Shown here one piece after another: positions 1 through 13,623 of a stretch of 64,000 nt of DNA (positions are counted from its first letter, which is position 1; each line of letters begins with the position of its first letter). The stretch lies in assembly GCA_030704615.1 (NCBI GenBank), contig CM060731.1, positions 56,234,001 to 56,298,000 of the forward strand. Reading direction: 5' to 3'. The translations under genes and the position numbers were made by a program. Under the pieces are notes generated by a model. The model saw only the letters and a list, made by a program, of their open reading frames with translations. It searched no databases and had not been told where the DNA came from. This DNA comes from Takakia lepidozioides. Its lineage: Eukaryota > Plantae > Bryophyta.

Positions 1-1620
1 GAATTCACAAAAGCCCTTAAATGAATGTGGGTAACCGCTTCTGCAGATCCTTTCAATGAATCCTTCTGAAGCAATGGCCGAAGTGACTCCGCCTATGCTG
101 GGTAGACCCCACTATCATTTCCTGAGGATATGCCACATGAAAAGCCTATCACCACTTCTTTAGTGAGGATGCTGAAAGGTCCAGTTACCTATAAGCTACA
201 CAACATTTGGAACTTTCAGAATTATGGCAGAATTCATTACAAATTTTATCACATGGATCCCTCAATAGTCTCTTGTCTCTTGACTCGTCTGTTTGCCCTC
301 AACAGTACATGTTCAATATTCTCAGGAAATGGTGGATGAACTGAGTAGCTACACAAATCAATGAATGAAGGAAAACCTACACCTCTCCAGTGATCCCCAC
401 AAGAAGAAACCCCATCTTCAAAGTGGTGACAGCGGTTAGCGTCCCGTACAACAATTGCTTAGCCAACAACCTTTGAGATGAACTTGGTGGAGGTGTGGCA
501 GTCACCACACACCCAAAGATTCTGGATAAGACGGAGGGGCATCCTAGGGACTGCTAATCAGCCCGAAACCAATGGCCATTTTCTCACTGTAGTGGCACAG
601 AGAAAATCCCTTTTGCTCCTCCCCCACATCATGCACTCCATCATTTTTCTCACCTTTGCACTCTCGTCCCACCTGCCTGTGCACAGGGCTGCCCCTCTAA
701 TCAAGCTCCGTACAACTCAAGTCACTTCCATCTACAAGCTTTGGAGAAGCTCAACACCTATGTACGTGGAGACAATGACAAGATAGCTCGCCAACCAGCG
801 ATCGCCCGGTGGTCGGACTTACTTCCTGTGACATACATACCAAGTTAACCACATCTTAGATAACATCGCCGGTATGTTAAATAAGGTCTTGTGGTTTACA
901 TGGTAGGTATATAGATGCATTCACAAAAGCCCTGAAATGAATGTGGGTAATCGCTTCTGCAGACGCACCCTTTCAATGTATCCTTCTAAAGCAATGGCCT
1001 CATTTTTTGTTTCAAACAAAGCACTCAGAAGTGACTTCCCGCCTATGCTGGGTAGACCCCACTATCATTTCCTGAGGATACTCAACAGTACATCACGGTC
1101 AATATTCTCAGGAAGTGGTGGATGAATTGAGTAGCTATACAGATCAATGAATGAAGCAAAACACTCACACCTCTCCAAGAAAACATCGTTTCACCAGTAA
1201 TCCCCACAAGAACAAACCCCCTCTTCAAAGTGGTGAAAGAGGTTAGCATCCCGTACAATAATTGCTCGCCCAACAATTTTTTAGATGAATTTGGTGGAAC
1301 TGTGGTAGTCACCACACACCCGAAGATTCTTGATGAGACGGAGGGGCGTCCTAGGGACCATGCTATCAGCCCAAAACCAATGGCCAGCTTCTCACTGTGG
1401 TGGCACACAGAAAATTCCTTTTGCTCCTCCCCCACACAATCTTCTCAACTCAGCATGGATTTCCTTAATTTTGGGATGCAAGTTGTCATCTACAATAACG
1501 GTGTGCACCCTGTTACCAACCTCAATGCAGTAGCGACCTGACTCCTTTCTAACCCCCCTCACCTTCATCATCTTTCTCACCTTTGCACTATCATCCCACC
1601 TGCCAGCTGCCGCATAGATG
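1..1620. repeat. Local direct duplication of the DYW 3' end plus downstream sequence (1-690 vs ~915-1620)
   Basis: The blocks cacaaaagccc..tgaatgtgggtaa..cgcttctgcaga and ggtagaccccactatcatttcctgaggata occur at both sites; copy A has an extra ~170 bp at 131-297. Confidence 0.85.
387..690 (-). pseudogene. PPR E2/DYW-domain pseudogene fragment (copy A)
   Basis: Minus strand reads [76 protein letters not shown], with a frameshift and stops. Confidence 0.9.
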
Positions 1621-2700
1621 TTTGATAACAACACATAAGGCGCGGCATCCTGTTCATCCCACTTGAGAAGAGATGTTGCCGCACGTTCAGCCATCTCCAC
1701 ATTGCCATGGATTCTACAAGCACCAAGCAAGGCCTTCCACACCACAACATCTGGTTTCATTGGCATTGTATTATTGAGGTCCTCTGCCTCAGCCAATGGC
1801 CCCACACATCCAAGAAGATCCACCGGGTGATTGCAGCCTAGAGTGTCCATGATGCGACACGATCACGAGTATATGAGATGTCCTTAAGCTGGCGCGAGTT
1901 TTGAAAAATAAAATTTTTGACCGTCGGATGAAGTCAATCCAGATCGTCGGCCAAAAGAACCGTGTCAAAACAATATGGGCGGGATTTTCAAAAATAAAAA
2001 ATAAAATAAAAATAAATCAAATCAAATCAAATCAAATTAAAAATAACGAAATTCTCAAATCTAATTCATCTATGCACTCAACCTATGGGAAATGCGTATT
2101 TTTTGTTAAGGAAGTTCTTGTAAATCTATGTTTTCATGTAGTAAAGCTTAATACATTAATAACTAATTTCTATGCTCTTCAAAAATCCCTAACATTTTAT
2201 GGACTACATATTTTAGTGTAAGATAAGGCATTCTAGATTCCTCAAAACGGGGGTGATCATAATGTGAGTCCTTTTTTATAGTGGCATTGAAAATTGATCA
2301 AGAACAAAGTACATAATCATCAGATGATGGAATATGACATTTTACTAGGGACTTCTTAAAAAGTCCTTAACTTTCAATATACTTAGTATTTTGAAATGAA
2401 ACTTGAAAGAGTGGATGAAGCCTCTAGTGCATATTATCCTTTAGAGTCCTTTATTCAAATATTCCATTCAATTGAAGAGTGTGAATGTATACCACCAATC
2501 TATGTGTAGGAAAAACTGTGTTGTGACAGCAAAAAATGGACACTGTAGGCTACAACGACCCCACCATGCAGCCAAAGTGCTTTACTGTCGGGGTGTGACA
2601 CCATGATCTTGTCTCAGGGAATCAAAGTAGCGTCTTCCTTCATCCAGTAGGCCAAAGTTGCTGCATTTAGAAAGAATGAATATAAAGGTGATTTTGTCCG
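1191..2700 (-). pseudogene. PLS-class PPR L2-S2-E-DYW pseudogene (copy B), split by a MITE
   Basis: [27 protein letters not shown] (L2), MPMKPDVVVWKALLGACRIHGN (E1), HHSEKLA, CGDYH..GVCSCGDYW*; internal stop and deletion. Confidence 0.92.
1825..2561. mobile_element. Non-autonomous TIR element (MITE) with ~26-bp TIRs starting GGG and a 4-bp TSD CACC; possibly Sola-like
   Basis: Left gggtgattgcagcctagagtgtccat, right atggacactgtaggctacaacgaccc; CACC on both sides; removal restores the PPR codons GGC TGC ATG GTG GAT. Confidence 0.8.
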
Positions 2701-3499
2701 TCTCCTCTACTGCTCTTACGTTCTCAACAAACAAGTGTTGAATACCAATCATCAACTTCGGGGGGTTCACGATGCTAACTTTAGACTTCTAGGGCCCATT
2801 TCACAACAAAATCTAGGTGTTTCTTTCTTTGAGAGCATCAAACTCCACTCTGGCATTTCCCTTGAAAGCCTTTGGGAGAACTTTCGCAGCAAATGCCAAT
2901 ACTGCTAGAAGCACATCATGCAACTTCTCGAGAACCATTAATGATCATGACAACTGTTTTTTTGGCTGTTCCAACAAATTCTCCACATCGACCTACAATC
3001 CAACATAATATGAATGAGGAATTATGGGAGCAGAATGGATACTTATTTTATTTTGATGTCAGAATCCCAATAGAAAGAAACAAACAATATCACTTACATG
3101 CAGAATCGAAACTCTCTTACGACCAGTGGTCAACCGTTCTTCAATCTTGGAAAGGCTAGCTCTTTTTGTCACACCCATACAAGCTTTCTGACCACGATTT
3201 GTCATCATTTTCAAACGTTCTCTTTATGGAATTGCAGCGATTTTCCACTGCATGTCACCACCAAGCCACACTATAAACAAGACTGCTCCACTTCATCTAT
3301 AGCAAAGAAAAGTCCAACTCATTTACAGGTCCATAGGGATCATGTACTTACAGACAAACATACAACCACTAATGCCTATTTGCTCGGATTGAATGCAGTC
3401 CGCATCAGATTCGCATTCATACAATCCCGGTCCTAGGGACTTGATTGCGTCCTCTAGTCCTACCTTTCTTCGCTTAACCTCCTTGTGAGGTGCGGTCGA

Positions 3500-6400
3500 T
3501 GTTGTCAATACTCAATGGGCGTGGGGTGCGGGGAGGGCATCCCCTTCTGACCACAAATCTTCCTCACTCAAGTCTGCGGACTCTTCCTCTGACCCAATCA
3601 TGCTTAGCTCGTCCTCATCTGTCTCCTCATGAGGTGCTCCAGAAAGAAATGCAATGGTAGTAGTGTAAGGTCTTACCCCCCAGTCCGTTCGTGCTCGGGA
3701 CTGGACCAACCATGGTCTCCCCAATAGGAGTGTGTATGAATACTCATCGATGGGGAAATCTACTGCGTACGTGTAGCCTCATGTTTTCATCTTGATGTTC
3801 GTTATATGACCTACCGGCCGGATCTTCCGTTGATCAGCTAGCCTGATAGTCAGAGGAGATTCTCCTGTCATGTCCAAACCTAGCTGGGAGAGGGTTGAGG
3901 TGGCATGATGTTAACTGAGCTTCCATCATCCACTAAGCAACGTCGGATAAAACGATGTGCAATTTCGACCTCTATCTCCACTGGTCCTGGGTCGACATGC
4001 TGTGCGTCGATTTGATGGGATTGAGCGGAAGTGCAACCATCCTAATTTATTGTTGGCCCAAAAACTAGTATAGTTTTGGGTTCTTTGTATCATTGGACAT
4101 ACCAAAGTGACTGAGCAGTAAGTATCCATGTCCAAATAAAGATCCATTGATCACTGTTCATGGCTGGAAATGTCTGTTTGTCTTAAAGAAGCCATTTATG
4201 ATGATAGAAGGCTTAAGAACAAAATAAGAGCAAGGCCTGCGCCATAGCTCTCAAGACCAGCAAACAAGAATGCACAACAAAATGTACAAAGCATGCACAA
4301 AGAAAGTGAATTGCCCAAACTTAAAGAGTTCAGACACTTCCCCGAGGCCTTAAGATCGCCGCTTGTATCTTAATGATCAATGAAGGTCACAGCAAGCAAC
4401 CGCAGCACAGGTAGATCGCCCGCCAAGCATTAGAGACAACCGCCACAGCGAAATTTGCAGGTACTGCCGCCATTGCGCACCCCGAGAGGGGTACTGAATC
4501 TTGCCAGAACACCTAAATGCCTTAATGGCGCAGCTCCATGGCATTCAAGGGCGCTTGAATCGAGCTCCATGCGCCCCCCGCCACCACCTCTCAGCTCCAG
4601 CCATCCCTTAAGCACGATCGTCGTGCAGAGGGTTAGGGCAGGGAAGAGATGAAGCGCGATTTCCCGCGATTTCATCCACGTGATTTCCCACGATTTCATC
4701 CATTCGGGATGAAATCCATCACACGGGATGAACTCTACCGCGTAGGATGAAATCTATCGTGATTTCATCCGCATTGGATGAAATTGTCTCCCAATTTTTC
4801 ATCCGTGTCATCCTCTGAGGATGACATCCATGACCAAAGACGCCTTGAGCGCGTGGCGGATTGTGGGTGCCATAGCTATGAGCTGAGCAAATGTAATGTG
4901 TGGCCTGAATGTGGCGTAAATCCTCCATCAAGTTGTACGGCTCCAACTCGCTGGTGAAGCGCATGGTGGAATGCATCCTTCTTCGGGGAAGCTTTTCTGG
5001 TGCTGTTGGACGATTTGTCGGGCTTTTTGCTCTTGACATCGGTATTTGGGAAATGGTTGGTCGGACCACTGGAGGCTCCGTCTCCGCGAATGTTACCTCC
5101 TTCTCCTTGGGATGGATGTCTTCTTCCTCCCGGAGTACCGTCTCTGCCACCTTCCGGGCATCCGACTTCATTATGGTGAAGTTTAGATCTTCTTGTTCCG
5201 ATGCGGAGGTGGCTGACTCCGACGCCACATACCCAAGGCCTTTCCCTAGTGTATTTCGCTGTTGTCGGGTCATCACTGCATAACTACCTTTCTCGGGGCT
5301 AACCTTTCTCGGGGCTAGCTGTTCTGGTGGGAGTGGCTTCTGGCTCACTTGCTATCCAATTGACTTTGTGTTGCGTCTCCTGTTGATGCGCCGCTTGACC
5401 TGTTTGTACATTGGTCTGTTGTTTTGGAGGGGCTACTGATGTGGATGCCTGATATCCTCCTTGGAGACCATGTGTTAGAAGAACCCTGGGCTATCTGGGC
5501 TGCAGGATTTGAATAGGCTACTCGGGCAGTCAGTCCCTGAGCGACATTGCCCCCTGAATATGATGGACCTGCCTGATCGGGCCTACGTCGTTGCGCTATC
5601 TGCATTGGGATAGCGAAATACATGCTATGCTGTGGTGACAAAGGGTTGGGTGGTTCAGTTGTATACTGATCCGGGAAGGTACTTGTTGCCCTTCCAAGTT
5701 CCTCTCCACCTGCTGGATGGTAGCAGGAGCCGCTCGATCCACCTGCCTCCAGAGACATCTCTCCAAGGGGCGGCCTCTTTGGCCGCAATGCAAACATACT
5801 ATATCACTCCAGCACTCTTCGGTGGTGACGCGGGTGTCCACACTTTTGACAACCCTTCCTGGATTGATTGAATTGTCGTTTTGACCTATCCTGATAGGTA
5901 GGGTTCCGGCTTACCTGCCGTTCCCTGATGGGATAAGGACAATGTTGAGCAGCATGTCCTAGGCCATCGCAATTGGAGCACCATACCTTTGCCGGGTTGG
6001 GGCCAGATTCTCCTACGGGAGCCGTATCTCGACACCCCACATAACTGGTGATCTGCTGGCCGATGGAGCTCATGCAATCATCCATGGTTTTGATTGTTTT
6101 GATGAGGGAGGTGACTTGTGCTTCCAGATGACCCACCCGCGAATCCGACGGCCCACTTGAATCTGCATGCGAGTTAGTAGGGACAACATTGGTATACTGT
6201 GGCACGGTCGGTGCTGCTACTGGGGTGGGGGACGTCACCAGGGCGTATGGCCTTGCTCCTCCTACATATGACGGCGTATAGTGTAAAGCAGGTTGAATCA
6301 CCGCTAATGGCGTCGGCTCCTGCGAGGGCTTGATCGTGATGTAGGATGGCGACGCGAAATCTGGCACCTTGGCTTGCTATACCTGGCGATGCATGTTATC

Positions 6401-7130
6401 GAATTCTTTGCCAGCCTGGATGGCCTCTACCAGCATGGCTGGTCTCTGCTGCAAAACATGGAAGTGAGTGGCCTCTCGTAATCCACTCAGAAAACAATCT
6501 TTATCCCATCATCTGGGGGGGCCAGCGGGTTTTGAAGTCGCATCAGCTCCCGAAATCGCATTTGGAAGTCCGCTACTTCCTCCGAGGGACACTGGCGGAT
6601 TCTTGCTAATGCCATCAAGACACTGGTAAATTGATGGACTGCCCGAAAATGGTCTAAAAATGCGTCACGAATCTGCTGCCAAGTTACGAATATACCTGGC
6701 GCTTGTTGCCAATACCAAGTAGACGCCCTACCCCTCATGGTAGTGGGAAACCAAATCAACCAGTAGGCATCGTTCAGTGCTTGGTTAGAATAACAACATT
6801 GAATAAAGCTTTTCACATGATACTCTGGGTTTTCATGTGCTTCCCCGGAGAACCAAGGCAAATGCTTGGGCAACGTTAGCGGGGGCAGGCCTACTGGAAC
6901 CACAATGGGTACCTCAGGAGGTCCTATAATATGTGCCATGATGGACACTGATGATGGCGAAGGACTCTTTGACCTGGACGGTGGTGTATAGGGGGGATAG
7001 ATATAGGGGAAACCACTCGTGAACACTCAACGTCTGAAGAACTCTCGGTGTCCTCACCTTCCCACTCTATCTTGCCCAAACTTCTAGTCTCTGAATCTGA
7101 CTCGGAATTTAGTGCCGGACTTTTCCCTAG
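3500..7130 (-). pseudogene. Ty3/gypsy gag and aspartic protease, frameshifted; RT/RH/INT not seen
   Basis: Retrotransposon gag motifs (FSGEAHENPEYHVKSF..ASTWY..TWQQIRDAFLDHF), CSNCDGLGHAAQHC zinc knuckle, protease LVDDGSSVNIM..LLLGRPWL. Confidence 0.88.
4043..4824. mobile_element. 782-bp insertion in the gag-protease linker, flanked by CATCC (solo-LTR-like)
   Basis: CATCC at 4038-4042 and 4825-4829; removal restores the frame SLVMDGCTSAQ; GATTTCATCC/GGATGAAAT motif cluster at 4660-4825. Confidence 0.65.
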
Positions 7131-9109
7131 CAACTAATCTCGGACGGCTTCTCTAGCCAGCCTCCTTTGCAACCGAGTGTCAAAAGATATGCTATCCACG
7201 CTTGGGAGTGTGGCTCTTGATCCTGAGCTAGACATGCATTCACTGCTGTACTGACGAGGATTCCCCTACCTCAGGTTGCACTAAAAGACCTATATTACCG
7301 TGAACAATCATATCAAGAATAAACGAGGTCAAGTTTGCATACCTTCCATGGAAACTCCGTGATGGAGGCACGTCAGTGTGCAACCTATGGTGCATCAAGG
7401 GGTACCCAATCGGCCACGGTCCTTCACACTGTGAGCACTCCGATCGGAGTACCAAATGTTGGCTTGCAAAGAACTGACAAGACTCATAGTGGGTAAAGAA
7501 ATCAACTTGCCACCTTAGGTGGGCTGCAAATGATGACCTTGGGTGCAATGCCCCTAAGTAAATACCCGGACAACGACAACCTGGAAACACAAATCTATCC
7601 GGACACTAGTAAAAGTTATGGGTGGTGCCATCTGGAAGAGTTTGGGTGTTCCAAACTCGTTTGTCAATCCAGCGTTTCTTATGCACATTCTTCTCTCCTA
7701 GATAACGGATATATTCTTCGATGCGTTCCCTAGTGGATTGTGATTCGTGGAAAAACCGATGTCGTATGTGCTTCACTTTTGCGTCAAATGACATGGCAAC
7801 TTCTGCTCTGGTATCAACAAACACATACTTGCCCACACATTGTGTCAGTCAAGGAGTAGTGAAATGACCAGAATATAGCCTCACTGGTTTAATACACTCA
7901 TGCATAACTGCACTCTGTTACTGTAGTCTAACAAGATGAAATCATTGCAGCTCAGGAGTTCCTGAGGTCTAAATACTAATCGTTCCAATCAATGACGGCT
8001 ACTAGATGCGGGGTCGTCCTCACCCTCCTCCGAGGAGGTGTACTCAGTGGGTCCACTCGGGGCACTCTCTCCTGAGGAGGTCGCATATACCACCCGGGGA
8101 GGCAGACGAGGCGAATCTGCCGGAAGACTCCTTAGACCAAAAGGAGAAACTACTGGTCGAGCTCGATCTCGGGAAATCAATCTACGAACTGCATTAGGAG
8201 GTGGAACAAATGCACTCTCTACTGGGTGGTCTCTAACCGTGTCTAACAGTGATAGTGAACCGGATATAATCAACTCACGGATAAGAGTTGTTGGAGTGGA
8301 CCCTCGATGATAGTACTGGGGAGGTAAGAATGGTCGACATGCCCTCCTCGGGTGTGGAAGAGGCTCGCCCTCCAAACCGTCCTCTCCTAGGCCGACTCCC
8401 ATTAACCAATCCACAAAGGCGGGGCGATGACCGCAAATGGCACGTCCTACGCACTCTATTAACGGAGCCGATCACCGAGCAATCCTGCTGTGTGTGTACA
8501 GCAGGGTATCTGTGATGGTGCGACACAATGCACAACAAGCCAAGTAGGCTACCCGCCACGCAAGATGGACCTCAAGGGTCGAGTCAAAATGAATATACGC
8601 AAGAAAAGGTGGCTGGCAACAGCCCGGCCAACGGGTGTTGAACCGGAAGAATGTAGAGATACGAGCAGTCTGTGCTCCGGGGCCTCGGGGTCCAACCCGA
8701 ACGGAGATCCAATACTCCCGGTACTCCTCTGCGATGGCCAAGATGCGTCGTCGCATCAACCTGCAAATCACGGTGGCCTCAGGGGCGGGTACGTCTCTAG
8801 ACCTGGTGCTGGAAATAATGCGGTAGAGTCCGATCACACGGTACTCAAAAGAATGCTCACGGCGAAGAGACTTTGATGGTGCAGCCATACTGCCACTCAC
8901 AAGTCTTCATGATGTTAGCAACATGCAAGCTCAAATGCAATGGATTTATCAATCCGCACTCACTTGTTCACTCTCTTTTCCTATCCGAGTAAGCAAATAC
9001 AAAACATAAAACGTTAGGGCAAATGAAAGAACAAAGTCCAAGAGGAGAATGATAGGTGTCCAACTTTCCTCCATCTAGAATGCGGGGGGAGGGGGGTATT
9101 CACTTACCC

Positions 9110-9125
9110 CCCGGCAGACGCCCCA
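9110..9125 (-). promoter_or_regulatory. Primer-binding site complementary to plant tRNA-Gly(UCC); the LTR boundary is at ~9132 (TG on +)
   Basis: Plus strand cccggcagacgcccca vs the recalled tRNA-Gly 3' end cccggcagacgcacca; upstream of gag in the same orientation. Confidence 0.6.
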
Positions 9126-9131
9126 TTTATA

Positions 9132-10300
9132 TGACGAGCCCTGAGCGCGGGCGGTCAGGGCGACGACATACTAGCTAGGGGGGTCGTGGTAAGTTGCGTT
9201 GTAGGTTGGGCTCACTGAACCGCCTACCTGGCTGCGGTTAGTGTAGGGGGTCCGTGGTCGTGCATGATGGAAATGGTCACTATCTAATTTCTACCGGCAA
9301 AGAGGAGTCACGTACTCCGCTTCATAGGGCGAGTTTGCGTTTCCTAAGTCCGACGGAGTTCTACTATCTACTAAGTAACTGCCTTCCAAGTCCTTTGTTT
9401 ATTATTATTTCCTACCGCCTAAGCTTCTGAGCCGCCTATAGCCGGGATGTGTGGTATTCCCTTCACAAGGCACCTACCAAGCCTAAGGAGGAGAGGGATA
9501 ATCTTCCTCTCCCACCCCCCCTCCTTCCCCAAGTGCCTGAGTTCAAGTCACTCCTGGTGGAAGGGCTAATGCTCCCCTACTCTCATGCCAACGGCTTTGT
9601 TTAGGCCGAGGGGGGGGGCCAACATACCTATCATCAGTCAATATGTGAAAGAAAAACTGATACGGTGAATCCAAGTCCCTTACGCGAGTAAGTGCGAGAG
9701 GTGTAATAACCTCCTATCACTTTACAAGTCAAATCCTATGCATTAAGCCAATTTATGCAATTTTGCCATTAAAAAAATGCTAGAAAATAAAGAAAATTAG
9801 AGACATCCGGAAAAAAATACCTGCCCTATGGGAAATCACGTGGGGATTCCAAAAATGCCTTTGGCGCCTAGAATGGACCTGGGGAACCCCTTGAGAACCA
9901 GATTATAGCCCGGGAACCCCCGGGAACCATTCCCTGTCACGGGGAACGACCACAACTACCGGATGAACGAAACTCGTGCGGATTTCACCTTGCCAATTCA
10001 TCCGTTAGTCCAAAACGTGCATGCTCACATGCTAAGGCAATCATATGGTGGGACCAAGCCTGATTCCTCACACTTATATTAACTAAAGGGGCCTTGGGCG
10101 CTTTCCTCCCTTTGGAAACGGTCATCCCCTACCTTAGGCCCTGACACAACTTGGCACTGTAGCCGGATTTCAAGGATAGTACTTTTGCTCCTCCCCAGTC
10201 TCTCAACGTTTCAGTCTCTCTCTATCGACTTAGAGACCCTCTGAGCCACTTCTCTGGCAGATAAGGAAGCCCCCTTCGGGGCCTAAGCTCTCCCCCAATC
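9132..10300 (-). mobile_element. Probable 5' LTR of the gypsy element (far boundary uncertain)
   Basis: Non-coding; ends in CA on the minus strand just before the PBS; the partner LTR is not in the window. Confidence 0.4.
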
Positions 10301-10410
10301 CTAGGATTTTTCCTCCATGTGAACCCTGTTTTCCAAGACTTCAACCCTTTAAGGGGTATAAATTAAAACAGATAGTAGAAGGTTAGAAAAATTAAAAGAC
10401 ATCACCACTG

Positions 10411-10914
10411 CTATATCACGCCTCGTCTGTCTTCATATGATTCAACCATGTTAAAGTCTCCACCCAAGATCCAGCTGTCTATATTAGGCTCATCATCCAT
10501 TTTAGAATTAAGGACCTGCCAGAATTCCGTCCTTTCCAAGGGACAGTTAGGGGCATAGATGTTGACAAAACCCATAGTTCCAATGGTGTCCGGGAGGTTG
10601 AGGGCACAGAATTGCAATCTTCCCGACACCCATGTGGCTTCAGAAACTAGAAGGGGTAAGAGGGAAGGGGATAGGAGAATGGATGTACCTCCCCTCGAGC
10701 CATGGGACGTAGCTTTCCAGAGGGCTGAGGATAGGGGCCATAGATGGTGAGAGAGCGCTGCTATTTTTTGACGATCTAGCTTGTGTTCCTGGAGAAATAT
10801 GACAGAGTCTTTTTGCGGTAAAAGGGAGAGCCAATTTTTGATTCTGACCCTCTTTAAGGAGGCTGGGTCCGAACTCAAGCCTCTGATGTTCCAGGAGTGT
10901 AGATCAATCCACAT
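10411..10914 (-). pseudogene. LINE ORF2 apurinic-type endonuclease, 3'-truncated
   Basis: SWNIRGL, FLQEHK, NIYAPN and GGDFN motifs. Confidence 0.92.
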
Positions 10915-13623
10915 CCGAAGGTGGCTGAAGGCAGAGAGTGGGGGTCCCTATTGATGGCCTAGGATCATAGAACTGGAATTTGACACGGTGGTCCCTGGGG
11001 AGAAGCGATTTTACCCAGAGATGGTTGGGGGGAGGCTTCCGGTTTCTCTTGGATAATTCAATGAAAATCCCTCGCAGATTGGATGGGCCTGGAAGTGGTA
11101 TCATTGTGGTACTGGGAAGGTTTTGATGCCTGTTATGCTGGTTGTTGCAGGGGTGGCCTTCGAGGAGTGTAGCAGCTGCCAAAGGTGACTTGGCACGTCC
11201 GTAATTTGCAATTCTCCCGATTCCAGAGAGGATGGCATGAGAGTAGATGGGAGGGTGCGTCGGCCCTGTTTCCTAGAATAATTACCTGTATCCAGACAGA
11301 GTAACCAGCATCTAGCAGGGTCTCGAGGAATGAGTTTGAAGAGAAAGCAAGGAGATGGGGTAGACAGAACCTGATTATGCAGGTCAAGCCCTAGGGGGAT
11401 TGGAGTAGCAGGTGTGGTCCCGGGAGGAGTAAGTCCAGAGATGGCGGTGTCTGGGCTAGAACCTTCAGTTGGTAGGGCAATCCGGGCCGGTTCGGTGGTG
11501 CTGAAGTCCGGGGCAGTACCCTGGAATGGCGGGGAAATCTGGAGCTCACTTGCTTCGGCCGCTAATGCTTCATCTTCATCTTGCTTTTGAATCCAAGGGT
11601 GGGTGCCCGCATTTAGATTTGATGAGGAGGTGGAAGGAGTTACTTGTCTCTGACCTGTTAGGAAATCTCTTGTACGCTGCAGCTCCATTCTATAGTTTTC
11701 TTCTTTTAGTTCCAAGTCTGGCACTGCTCCTAGCAGCTGGAAACCGTTGAACAGCGTGTCGTGTGTCTTGATTTGCATGCGGTGACTTCCCGAGGGCTTA
11801 GAAAGTCCCTCCTCAAAGACCCATATCGCATTAATTGGGGGCTGAATTGCATAGATCTCAGCCTCCTCCATAAGAGCCAGAATGTGTGTCGAAGGCGTTG
11901 AGTTCAAACCTGGGTGGTCCTCCAGGTAAGCTCCCCACGTAACTTTGGTTGATGTCTGGAGGAGGTAGTGGGGGTGGAATATTTTGAAGAATTTGTGAAT
12001 TTTCCCTTTGAGTAGATCCTCTGGACTGGAGTCTGGTAGGCTGGTGGTGGAGAAGTGTATGATATCAGCTTCTGTGACCAAGAGCGATTCGATGTTCGAG
12101 AAGTCATCAGATGTGATGAGCATAGTTGGGGATCTCCCCTTCCTGTAAATGAGAGGTGTGACACAAATAGCCTGAGGCTCTGCAAAGACTTCAAGGGCGG
12201 AGCAGCCCCTGAGATCCAGTGCAGGGAACGAGGCTAGCTTGAGGCAAGATTTTGCCAGCACCGCATTGTTCGCTATACCCATGATCCTGTCTGGGTTGGG
12301 GGTGATTGGCCCGGTCCTTTGCAGATGTGGGGGGTGCCGCTTGCCATGAAGCTATAGCTGTGGGGAGTAAGTGTTGGAGGTGTCTCCCAATTTGGATGTC
12401 CTTTGTTTCGTGCTGCCCAGCTGTCAAGCATTGCTTGAGCTTCCATCTGCATCGGGTCGATGAATCCTTGTTGGCGGTAACTTCTTCTAATACCGGGGGC
12501 CAAGTGCATGGTGTCCACATTGATGACCCCAGAAGATGGCAAGGTGGGTGCAGGTGAAGAGAAGACCTGGCCAGAGAGATGAATCGCCGCCTGGGGCCTG
12601 ATTTGAGAGAGGGACTGGTGATCAATTGTTGAGTGATGTTGCTCCGATCGCTTCCTCTTGCTGTTGGGACATTCATTGCACATATGACCCAACATACCGC
12701 AGCTGAAGCAGGCTAAAGATGACTTGTCCTCAATGATTCTTACTGTGAAGTAATTCCTTTCTTCATCAATTGGGAGCCTGATGTAGTCCGGGAGGATTTC
12801 CTCATTTGGCATAATAAGTACAAACCTCGCGTAGCCATTGTCATCGAGCCTTGATGCTATAGTCCCAGAACTCCAGACTGGAATTTTGCAGAGCTTCTCC
12901 GTGCTCATTAGGGGGTCAAAGACACCTATGCATCCTAAGTAATGTCCAAAGTGGTTGGCAATGTCTGGAAGATTGATCAAATATTGGTCAGGGATAAATG
13001 GAACAGATACCACTCTGGGGCCCCAGAGTTTGTCGTTTTTGTGTCCCATCTTTGATGACCATGGAAAGATATTAACATTGAACCCCTTGGAGTGAGAATT
13101 GAGAGACAGAGCATGAGTTGCAGCTTCTGGAGTCTCGAAATTGATGGTGTAGAATCCCCTGCCCTTATCATTGCAGAACTGGTGCAGAAGCTCACCCGGA
13201 CCCCCTAGATTCTTGATCGCCCAGTCTCTTGCCTGAGTCCTGCTTACCTTCCTTCCTGGGAAATGAATAAGAATGTTGTGCTCCTGTAGAGATAGGACCT
13301 CTTTGGTCGTATTTTGCAGGTCCACTTTGATTAGGGGGTACATCTTGCTGAGAATTGCTTGGGAGGATTCCGTGAGGTCTAACCCCTCCTCTGGTTGAGG
13401 GGAGGGGGGTGAGGCTTCGTTGGAGCAAAATTCAGCCTTAGGCTGGTGGAGATTGAGGGGGGGTTGGGGGAGGGGGGTTGGGATTTCTTACTCGATACAG
13501 GCTTGTACCTAGCCTAGACTGGGCTTGGTGCGCAAGGAAGAAGCCTGTCCCCGAAGAAGGATGGGATATGCCCATCAAAGGAGGAGCTGTGGCTCTCGAG
13601 CGTGAGTCCTGATGGCCTCTCAT
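10904..13623 (-). pseudogene. LINE (L1-clade) ORF1, frameshifted, with a long C-terminal extension
   Basis: DUF4283-like segment (GRGFYTINFET..IFPWS), CFSCGMLGHMCNEC knuckle; lies directly upstream of the ORF2 endonuclease. Confidence 0.8.

Noticed and set aside
9855-9875. tggcgcc as a PBS
   Set aside because: Wrong strand for the gag ORF and no extended tRNA complementarity
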